Shown here: positions 30,001 to 42,000 of the stretch, piece after piece
Layout: each line of letters starts with the position of its first letter
Position numbering within the stretch: the first letter of the stretch is position 1
Assembly (NCBI GenBank): GCA_044892525.1
Contig: CM097888.1
Location: forward strand, 80,972,001 to 81,036,000
Reading direction: 5' to 3'
From: Schmidtea polychroa
Lineage: Eukaryota
DNA: 64,000 bases
Made by a program: the position numbers and the translations under genes
Notes under the pieces: generated by a model
The model's input: only the letters and a program-made list of their open reading frames with translations
Databases searched by the model: none
What the model was told of the DNA's origin: nothing

Positions 30001-33000
30001 AGTGGCGAAAATTCGTGAGTATCAAAAAACATCGATATATTACTGATTTATAGTCTTCAAGCTCTCTTTTTAATAAATTCAGTTTTTTTTAAATAAAATA
30101 GATTTTACCGTTTGGCAAAAACAATATCTTTCTCATATTATTCATCCAGGACTGCAAAAATGACTGCAAACGATACACTTCTCGGTCATGTTTTACATCG
30201 TAATAACAGTTTTCGGCTTGTTCTTCAATGTCTAACTGAACAATTAAAGATAACCCTAAAGTTAAACTTTAAACGGTACAAATAAATTACAAATGTAATA
30301 CTTTGACTTTCATCTGGTTTGGTAGGTAAGCCTTTCGATTTAGATTTTTCCTGCTGCATTAAAGTCTTACAATTGTAATGAATTTGAATATAAATCTCTA
30401 CCTGACTATTTTGAGATTCAGCGTCACTCGTAAGACTGGTCGAAACCATTGCTGCATAAGATTCTTTAGCCGTCTTTTTTTCATTCGTTTTATCATCAGT
30501 ATTCCCGTCATCTGGAATTTCTCTGGCTACGATATTGGGATTTTGTGAGACTTCATTTTCCGATTCTTTAAATTCGTTTAAAAGAGTTTTCCTGCGACCT
30601 CGTTTTGACCATTTTGTAACTGCTTTCATACTGTTCTGTATAGCGACTATGGCTTTTTTAATTATGTTTTGAATGTCTTCTAAAGAAGGTCGAATAGCCA
30701 ATTTATTTCCCATAATCCTTACGAAACATTTAATAAGGGGATTAGGTTTAACCTTTTCTAAATTATTATTAAATTATTGTAAATATGTATTTTTCATACC
30801 TGCTTTCACCACTTGTCCGAAAGAAGCATCTTTGATGGCAAAGGTTGCGTCTTTACAAGCCATATAGTTCCATAAGTTATCCAATGCTGTTCGGACGGAT
30901 TTGACAACAGCATCGACTGTTTTCTGGTCCATGATTCTTAACAAGTCGTTGCTTGCATTACTTATTCGGATTACATGTTTTTCTGTTGATGTTAAAGTAA
31001 TGTCTGTATGTCTTGAAGCTATAAATGAATCTTTATTTAAAACGAACATTTTCAACAATTCAAAAACAAACTTCCTAGATTTAATCCTGAAGATCCTTTG
31101 TTTTTAGAATCTTTGGCACTTTTTTTACATAAAAGTTTTTGCATATTATTTTCTTCGACAAATTTATCAAACGATTCCAACAAAATATCAACATAGTCAT
31201 TTGAAGCTTCGTAAATGCTTAAACTAAAATAATGCATAGACTGAGAGCCTTTTAGACATTTTTCAACTGTTGTTTCTAGAAATTTATTTATTTCCCATGG
31301 TTCCCCGTGTTCCGGTTGAGCAAATAATTCCGTTTCCGCAATTGATGTTAAAATATTGTTTATTCGAAAATCCCTAATGTCAAAAGCTCGATTTAATAAC
31401 AACTCGAATTCGTAGATAAGCTTTAACAAACCCTGTTCAAAATTCTATTTTTAAAATCAAAAAAACTATTTCTTTAACCTCAATATAGTCTTCAACTCCA
31501 AGACAACACCAGTCATAGAGGGTCATACCTTTTCCGATTTCTCGGTAGATTTTTGTGGTTATTGGTAATAATAGTTTTTCATACTCAACTGGGACTTTAC
31601 CCATTATTCTTTTGTGCTCTTGACAAAAATACTAGAGAATTAAAAGAAAATTACCATTTTTTATTCTATTTAAGATGTGAGTTCTAAAATAAGATGAAAA
31701 TAAACAAAAACTCATTTAAATATGCGCTCATTGAGACAATTCTATTTGAATGATTTTGATGTTGTGTTTTCTTAACACTCCGAGGACTTTCTTTTTAAAT
31801 TGCAAGTATAGCTTAGTCTAGTGGTTCTCAATTAATATAAAAGTGCGGAACACCATTCACATGATTTTTTTACGTGGAACACTGACAAAAAAATACTTGC
31901 CCACAATGAGTGACCAATCACAAATTACTATAAATCTGTCGTAGACGTAAACAATGTCTTCTTATAAGCAAAGAAAATACCACGCGCAACAATAACAAGC
32001 AATAAAAACACTTTTATATTTGTATGTTTTTATATATCTGTGTAACGGCTTTCTTATTGAATCATCTTATAAGAAAATTAATTGAGGTTTTTGATGATAT
32101 GTATCCTAAATGCAAATTTAAAGATAAAATGTCATTTTTTTCGCGGAACACTGGAAGTGTAATTGCGGGTTGAGAACCACTGGCTTAGTCTAATTTGCTT
32201 AAGTTACAAAACAATTAATTAATTAATTAAATATTTATTGACGAGATTAATCATCTTAGTTGGAAAACAAAATAACCAAATTTGACAGGTGAATAGCATC
32301 TTATCAAGCAAAAACTTAAAACTAAAAATTAATGTTGTCTAATTTAGAGATGTGTAATTAAGATCTATCAAATTGCAGTTTAATTTTGGGAAGTTGCAGA
32401 TATGACTCTTCAAAAAGAGATAGTATAAAAGTGAAAGTATAAAAAAGAAAATAAACTTGACTAAATTTGCTATTGTGATTGTAGGCCTCTGACTTCCACT
32501 TTTATCAATTTAATAATTGAACACAAAATATATTATTGAATTAATTAAATTAAAATTAAATCAAGAAAAATACATTGTTTTAATAAGCATATTTACATTC
32601 ACTTTTTAAAAATAATATCTCATCAATCAAAATGCAAAAAAATGTGCTCGAATTTTCGCAATTGGAACTATTTGTTGGAAGTCCGCTCAACCGATTCTAT
32701 CAGTCAAAACAGTTTACTCGTTCCGATTCATTTCATTAGTTTAATCCTCACTATGCGTTTTATCAATTTAGTCCACCGTTCGATTAAATCCATCAGTTTA
32801 ACCTGGTCGAATATTTTTGTCACTTTAATCTATGATAATCATCTCATTGCTAATCAGTTTAATCAGTTCGAGGATCTTTTTCATTCAATCAGTTCAATGC
32901 ATTTCAGCAGTTGTATTTATTCGATCTTGTCAGACCGTCTAGTCATTTCAATAAATTCAATCCATTCGATCAGTTAAACTTGGTGTCAGTTAATCATCAG

Positions 33001-36000
33001 CATATTGGAGTTCTATATGTACAACTGTTTGAGTCCGCAACATTATCTTTCCAAAACCCGATATCGCAATCAACAATGCAACGGTTTGATTAGCAGTTCA
33101 CTACTTCTCCTCTAGATCGGATGTGTTATTTCATCAACGTCATTCATTTTGCCTTATGTGTATTACAGTATCTTCAATGTCCATGTCAATATAAATTTTA
33201 TTCAGACTAGTCTTATGTCTATACAGTGATCGAAGATAAAATTTAATAAGCTATTCATAAAGAGTTTTAAGACACTTGATTTAGATTTTGTCGATCATTT
33301 TTGCAAGTGGTTTTTTTGTGAATTATAGTTTGTGGTTTTCTTCCTTCGAATTACCAACTCATCGAATAAAATATATTATTGATTATTGTTTATTGAATCA
33401 AACTGTGTTTTAGTTATTGAATTGAATTTCAATATTATCTGAAAATCAACTTTCTCAATCGAATAATTTATTAAAGTTTGCTAAATAATTTGTTAAAAGC
33501 TATTATGCACTTTTTGTAAATGTTATATTTCCAAAAATATCATTCAGCCATGGCCAACCGGTGGCCCGCGAAGCGTTTTGATGTGGCCCGGACACAATTT
33601 TAAACATCAAATCAATAATTGTCATTTTTAGAATTCATATTCGAATTAAGCATGTTTTTAATTTAAAAAATTGATTCTAAGTTTACTTGAATCGTAAAAA
33701 CGAGTTATAATTATTTAAATGAATTTATTGTGGCCCGTGATAGTATTTTTCCGAAAATTTGGCCCTTCGATTGATTTGGGTTGGCCACCACTGGTTTAAT
33801 TAATAATTTTATTTATTTCTGCTTATAATTTGATAAATTTTAATCTGGAATACTAATACCAACAAAGGACGAATAAATGACCTAGTATACACAGTGAATA
33901 ATGATTAAAAATTTAATTTAAATTTCAGTTTAATTATACCTGAATCTTTTCGGCCCTTCGTTTCAGGAAGTCATTTTTCGCATAAATCTCCCTTGGAATA
34001 GATGTCAAAGCACATCCAAGCCTGTCAAGACAACTAATCTCTCTAAGTAGTCCTAGTACATCTGGATCAATATTAAGAATACATTCACCATAGGGTTCAT
34101 TGTTTGTCAATATAAATATTGAGGATTTCATTCCGTTAAGTTTCGATGTTATCTAATATATCCAATTAATTATATACACAAAATATTCCTAAAAGAACAT
34201 TACCAATCGTTTCCAAGTATGATAAACTGTAATTTCAAAATGTACCAATATTTCCGTTGTTGTATTATATGTATGGACAATTTTCCGACCTTCAGCAATT
34301 GTAAAGACTTCAGGACAAGTTAGAACAAATAAATTCATATTTTCTTCTAAGTGTAAATAAAGGTTCCTAGCCCAACCAATTCGACCTATAAAGGGAAGAT
34401 AACCAATTGAAAAATACTTCCAACTGAGTAAAGGAATTACCAGCAAAATACGGCATGTCACGATCAAGGGGTGGATTATCTTGATGATCAATGAAAATAG
34501 ATTTTATTCTTAAAATTTCACTGCGAAAAGATTTAAATAATTCCACATATCGAGTAAAATGATCAAGATCCGGAATGGAAATTTTCTCGATTTTAGATTG
34601 CATTCTTAAACCGGCAGCGCATCCCTTGGATCGGTGGAAATAGGAGTTGATGACACCAATCAGCGCTGAATGTAGGTCTTCGATTTGGTTTTGGAATTCT
34701 TCATAATCTTTATCGAAAGACAGATTTCTTTGATTGAGGAAGTCATACTTTTTAGTAGTAATGGATTGAGTTATTCGGTCATAACGATTCATGATCGCAT
34801 CTTTTCCTACATTATATATAAACGTAAATACTGTAGAAATATTTCAAGTATATTTTATTTCTAGAATATAAAACGTTAGTTTCCTGGTAGCAATAATATA
34901 ATTAATAAATTACATTATATACCTTTTCTGTAGGTTTATTAACATGCATACTGCGTTTGGGGTCAAAAATGACTCCAAAGAAAATTAGGGATAAATTGTG
35001 GTGGTGAAGTTAATTAGACAAAATAGTCCTAATCATAATACAGTAATAGATATACAGGCTGTAAGTCAAGGATCTTGTAATTGAACCTTCACGAATTGAT
35101 ATAAAAGATCTCTCGCAAGAAATAAAGGAGGAAGAAAATAATAATTTAGTTGATAGAAGATGAGTTTTGATTGAACAGTTAGGGAATATGCACTTGTCAT
35201 ATAATTCCAGTATAATTATATTTATAACAAAGTAAAATTTTATCAATATCTAGAATTACTAACAATGTATCAAAATATATGTATATTTATATATCGTATC
35301 CAGTAACTAATAATAATAATAATAACTGGATTCCAGTTATATAAAAAACATCATGAATTACTTTAAAAATGAAAGAACAGAAGTTTGTTTTAATAATACA
35401 GAAAAAATGCACTCTTAAGAAAAAAAGGATTCCAAAGTTAAAAAAATTCAGGAAAATATTGTATCATCTTCGTCATTAATCTCTTGTCAATTTACTTTAT
35501 TTAAAATTTCTTTTTTTAACAATCATTTCAATATGTTCATTTAAATTTAAGATACTAAATTTTGATCGATAGTCTAATTGAGAAATGAAGATAAATTAAT
35601 TCTGAAAAATATTAATAAAATAAAGAATTTCTCGGAAATAATAAAATCACCTTCCAAGACCACATCTTTCAAAATGGAATAATTTTTCATTGACTTTAAA
35701 ATAGCAATTAATTTTATAAGTCTTGATTCAAATAGATTAAAATTTCCGAATATTTGAACCTCTGAAAAATCAAAATATCTGTTCTCATTTTCGTATTTCA
35801 TTTCCTTTCTGACTTTCTGATAACATTTTTGATACACATGATTGAGATTAATGCACGTTTCCATTCGTTTCACGAATTTGTCTGGCTCGTCGTCCCAGAG
35901 GGTGTGCTTATTTTTGTCAGTAATAAACGATTTACAGGTGAAAATCATTTGATTTGTAATCTAATTTATAATTATATATATTTCATATAGGTAAAGGAAC

Positions 36001-39000
36001 TTCTCATTTACTAGGGTGCCACTCGAGAACCATATGTATTGTTTTAAAAAAGATTTTTAAAAATCCATGTGGAAAATGGTATTTATTAACAATAAAGCAC
36101 GCGTTTCTTACTTTTTGGTTTGATGATTTGATTTGTAAAAACAATATAACAGACATATTTTTTGAAGTCCATTTTTATTTTGTGTGAAATCCTCTGTCGT
36201 TTGCTGTCTCTTTTAAACATTACAAGTTTCTACTGAAACCCGCTAGTTGTCATTCAATAGGTTTGACCCTCCTCTGGTATTACTTACAGTTCATAATGGT
36301 TACCAGTATGAGGAACTTATTACCATTTTCAGGAACTAGAATTATTAGTTTGAATTATACATTGTAAATTGAACTCATTTGAAGTCAACTATTTACTGAT
36401 AATAATTACTATTTACAACTGGACTTAAAATATTCTAGTTGCGCCCTGAAATCACATTAAATTATACTATAATAATATTGGAATGTGATAGGTTCTGTAT
36501 GGTCATTGTAACTTTTATAAACGGAGTTTATAATGTTATATGGTTCGGTCTCGAGGTGCCCTTTGTCATAAATAAGTAGCCTTTAAAAATATTTTACTTT
36601 GACAAATAATTGAGTCATATTGGTAAATGTTCGGTAATATGTCGAATACACATAAATCATGCTAAGTGATTGTAATAATTTAGGAACAATTTCTATCATT
36701 TTTTCCTAAATAAATAAAAAATTAAAATTCAATTTTATTAAAAATAAACAATGTGTAATCATTGCTTAATTCTAAAAATTCTCTCTAGTAAAACTTAATG
36801 ATTTGACTGTAAAATATCATTTTTATGCTCGGGAAATTTGATTTATCTGTAAAATTAAAATTTTAAATTCATTTTTAAAATTTAAAAATTCAAAAAAAAT
36901 TTAAATAAAATAAATATAAAATTAATAAAAACTATTGCTAATAAATGAATGTTGAAATTTTTCAGAATAAATAAATCAAATTTCTCGAGTTGTTTTAATT
37001 AATTGCCATGAAAGAAAATAGTTTACAATTTATTAAAATCATGAATTATTTACTATATTATAAGACTTAATTAGAAATAGTGACAAGGTTATGAATATAA
37101 CCGTTCGAAATATTTTTTATTTATGACCAAGAGAAATTGCAAAAAAATGTTTAAAAATTAAGAATGAAAAATGCCATGATTTGAATTTTAATAACACGAC
37201 ACACATTATTAACACATAAAATGACAAATGTACATTTAAATTTATAAACATTTGTTTAAATAAAGAATCACATTTTTAATAACTATTCCTTTAAAAAAAT
37301 TTTTTTATGATTTATTACAAAGTGGTATATTTAAATTTTAAAAAATATATCAACTAAAATTCACAATATTAAAGAAAGAAAATGTTAAATAATTTTTAAA
37401 ATAAAGATTAAAATTTAATGATTTTATTATAAGTTAAAATATTAAAAATTACTTTCTAACAATATATTTAGAAAATTTTTTATATATTTCGTTCTTTTTG
37501 TCTTAGTTTGTAAACATACTTTACAGTGTAATGTGTTTTTATGTTGGACAAAACACATTATGAACAGGTAGTAAGTTAAAAGTTATATTCTTCATTAAAT
37601 TTACTTTCTTATAAAGTTTTTTAATTTTTAATGTTAATAAAATTAAGCTGTCGTATTTATTATGAATTTCAGGTCATTTGTTTTCTTCATAAAATAATAC
37701 TATTTATTAAATTTTTATTTTAATATATTAATAAAGCTCTCATAAAATGCTTTTATTTACTAAGAATTTCGGGAAGAATTTTCCCTAATTTCGATCAATA
37801 TTTTTTATTAATTTGCTAATACATTAAAATATGTAACTTAAAATTTAATATTTCAATTATAAATTATGTTTTTGATACTTTTCTTCTACATTTTCAAGGC
37901 AGAATTATTAATTATTGAAATTCATCGAGCAATGTTAAAAGTTGGCTAGGAAAAATAGAAAAAAAATATTTTAAGATAATTAGCAATGTATATAACATAG
38001 AATATATTACAATATAATATTAAAAGGCTGAATCCTACAGCCATAGGGTAGACTCACTCCTGCCAAGAGGATGGTGATTAGGAAAATATTTTGGGACCAG
38101 AGTCTACTTGCGGAAGAGAGAGAAGTGAAGTACAAAGAATGAAGATTAGAAGATGGACGATTTGAAGTATGAAGAGAACTTGGATTAGGAAGGTTAGCGC
38201 GGATCTCTTGGAAGCAGCACTATTAGAGTAATAATCTGACTGCTTTAATAGTGTTTAATATCCCATTAAAAAATTTCTTGATGAATATATAACAAAGCCA
38301 AACCGTTTAACTTTTTTTCATCCATGGTATTTCTTAAATATGACTTCAGGTATTTAAGTCAGTGGTTCAATTAATATAAAAGCGCGGAACACCATTCACG
38401 TGATTTTTTTTACGCGGAACACTGACAAAAAATATTTGCCCACAATGAGTGACCAATCACAAATTACTATAAATCTGTCGTAAATGTAAACAATGCCTTC
38501 TTATAAGCAAAGAAAATACCACGTGCAACAAAAACAAGCGATAAAAACACTTTTATATTTGTATGTTTATATATCTGTGTAACGGCTTTTTATTGAATCA
38601 TCTTATAAGAAAATTAATTGAGGTTTTTGATGATATGTATCTTAAATGCAAATTTAAAGATAAAATGTCTTTTTTTTCGCGGAACACGGGTTGTGAATCA
38701 CAAGTAATACAATTTAAGTAATGAAAAACAACGCTCTGCTGTACAAGTTGATACCGGCAAAGTAGCAAATATTGTAAGAAGAATATAAGTATTTTTATAA
38801 AAAAATTGGATCACATATTGCTAATGTATCTACGGCAGTAGTCGGTTTGATTTTAATTTCTTCAAATTTTTTGTAACACAGCTTAAACCCATATTCAAGA
38901 GTTTTTTTGTTACAATCAATATCTTTTTGATAGAAATCAATTAGGTTATTAAAATTTTGAAGTTCTTCGTCCATTTTCTTTAGTATTTTTAATCTCATAC

Positions 39001-42000
39001 AATACTCATAACAAAACCAAAATAAAGGTTTTATTAAAATATTTTATGTTTATATTTATAATCTATAATTTATTTGGGTGATGCCCAATCCCTAGCTACG
39101 TTTATGATCCTCTCTTACTCATGGAAATGTACAAAATCTCAAATTACATATTTTTAAAATTATTTTTCTGCTGTTTTACAATAATTATGACCAAACGTAC
39201 CGTAATTTATGACATTTGGTGTAATTCATTCGGAATATTTTCAATAAGAATTTTCAATGTCTGAATTGTTCTAATAAGTTTTTTATTACTAACTCGTATT
39301 CTCAGTTTTATTTTAGGAATCTAACATTTTCCTTCATTATCATTCATTTTCAAGTTTCAAATTGTTGAATTTTTCATGAATACCTTAACGCACCAATAAA
39401 AAATCAGAAAGCCGCCGTTCTGCTATTTTTATTCCTTATTTTATTTATAACGAAGAAAGCATTAACAAATCTTGTAAAAACAACTTTTCTTAACTTTTTT
39501 AGTCGATACATTCGGTTGTAATTATATATGAAATTAAAGTTCAAGTTTGCACGTATCAACTCGGGCGTGATGACAAATTCAGTTTCTTGTATATATATTC
39601 TTGGAAATAAAATTGAAATCATTTTCGGAGTCTGAGCATTTGATTCGACTTGGACAAATAGTAATTTTAAATATTCGCACTTCAGCATAAACTTCACTTC
39701 GACAGGCGCTTAAAAATGAAAGTTACAAATGTAATAAAACTGTCCAAAAGCATTTAGATTCAAGGTTACTACAGTTTTAATTGCAGTCAATAAGATTTGT
39801 TGAATTTAAATGTTATAAATGTTAACTCCTGATAAAACATTCCAACATAAGAGTTTAAAAAACCTAAAATTCTGGTACTAATAAAATGTTACAAATATAA
39901 CTTGTTCCTGATGCTATGTCATTAAAATAAATAAAATCAAATTAATTACACAAGCTTGAATTTAAAAGCTACTTATTTTAATACAATATTTAAACAACAG
40001 TTGAACTTTGATTATCTAATCATTTAAAAACAAATATATTTTTAAATTTGAATGAAAAGTTTCAATTACCTAAATAAAACATGATAATTTTTACACATTA
40101 ACTAACTAATAATTTCTGTGAATTGATTTAATTAAATTTATTACAAACTTAAATTATTAAAAATATATAATTATAAATGGAAATATTACTATGTTTCTAT
40201 GATATAGTGGGACACAGTACTTTTCGATTACGTTTAGAAATTTTGTATTTTCTTTGCTTTCAATAAATGCCCTTGTCACTTTCTGATCTAATTGTATCCA
40301 TTTCTATAAAATCGCATTAATTAGAAAAACAAAAAATAATAATTAATATATCACATCAAGAGCTTTGGAATGAGCGATTTTTAGAATCAAAAGTACATTC
40401 ATTACTGGTTTTTGTTTCAACTGATTGACCAGACAATTAAATCTGGTCATTTGTTTCTTCCAGAACTTTAATTCTTCATGAGGACCAATTATTCCACTTT
40501 CGACTCTTAATAGCTCTATTTCAGTGATTTCCTGAAATTTGCATAAAAAATAATTTATAAAAAATTAAATAAATTGTAATTGAACTTTTTGAATTTGTTT
40601 CATCCACTTGCTTGCTAATTCCTCGGCTTTTGATAGAGTTTCTGGGTCATTAGCAGCATTTGCAAGTCCTTCGACTCCGGAAACAATGACTGCACTTCCT
40701 TCCATGTTTAATATCACTTTCTCTTCTACACATATACTCGCAGCTGAATTAGTTAATAATAATAAATTAGACCGATGAAAACTTTAGCTACATTTGAGAA
40801 AAAAATTACATTTTATTAAAAATTTATGCAGTAAAATTTTGATACAGTAAAAACTACTTATCAAATTTTAATAATCGCAAATTAGTTATTAAATAAAAAT
40901 TAACAATAAAATATTTAATTATCGTTTTTATCCCACATTAATTGAGGAAAACAATTTATTTGTTTGTTTACAATAAATCATTAAATTATTTGTTATCACA
41001 ATTTTTCATTGTAGTCTTTATCAAGTGTTAATAGCAATGTTGTGTTTATTCAGCTATTATTGTCAAACGGTGAAAACTTAATTAATTACAAATTAAATGA
41101 ATTAATTATAATTGGTATGAATTGGATTAGAATTAAACACAATTAAAACAGAAACTATTGAAGGAGACTAAATATACAATTTTTAAAGATTAAAAATAAA
41201 TAAGTGAAAATATAATTATTGACTCCTTATTTTCTGTGGAATTACGGAACTCTAAAGGGTTTCGGATTGAGCGTATTTCTAAGAGTTTCTCTATTTGTCA
41301 TTCATATGATATTATATTTGGGAAATATATTCATTTTATTATTCTCTTACGTAGTAATGAAGAATAAAATATCGATTTATGGTAAAGCGCTGTATATATA
41401 ATAAAATTAGACAGAAAAACATATCTATAATTTTAAAGTACATAAAAATAACAAACTTAATGTACAGAAACCTCTTGATTTTCTAGGCCAGAGGTTGCCA
41501 AAGTGGTTTATATAGACCCCCAGTGGTCTATTTAACAAAAGTAGGGGCCGATCCGAATCGGGGTTTGGGGATCGAAGGAAAGCCGATTCTTAACACGCAA
41601 ATCACATATACCAAACTGAGTATGTAAAATTTGTGAATGTTTATAAAATTGACTTAATATCAGTTCTTTTATAGAAAATAAGTTAATAAACTTATATTTA
41701 TTCGAGTGAAGCAAGTATTTACGTACCAGCGCGCGGCGACGCAAACTCTGCACTTTTGACTTATGAGTCATATCCATATGTGTGGTTGTCCAAATGTCAC
41801 GAGGGTTGATGTTACTAAAGCAAATATCATACGCAGTTTTAGCTATCTTTTCAAAGTGTGAACAGTGTTAAATATTTTTAATGTCATTATTAGTACTTGT
41901 ATAATATTGGATAATTAGTTATAGTTTCTATAAAACTATCTGTTTAGTTTAGATATCGATTTTAATTATCAATGCATTTAAAAAAAAAGAAATGTCGGTA

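Noticed and set aside
1911-30867. Plus-strand ORFs overlapping dynein exons (e.g. 1911-2117, 6663-6854, 16554-16775, 17253-17723, 22165-22353, 30673-30867)
   Set aside because: Antisense shadows of the dynein coding sequence; no recognisable motifs.
38025-38220. GC-richer segment resembling a CR1/L2 LINE 3' end on the minus strand
   Set aside because: Only a vague SRLWS-like motif; insufficient evidence.
39404-39697. 97-aa minus-strand ORF in intron 7
   Set aside because: No recognisable family or splice support; may be a decayed upstream part of the hAT relic at 38266-38998, but I cannot show this.
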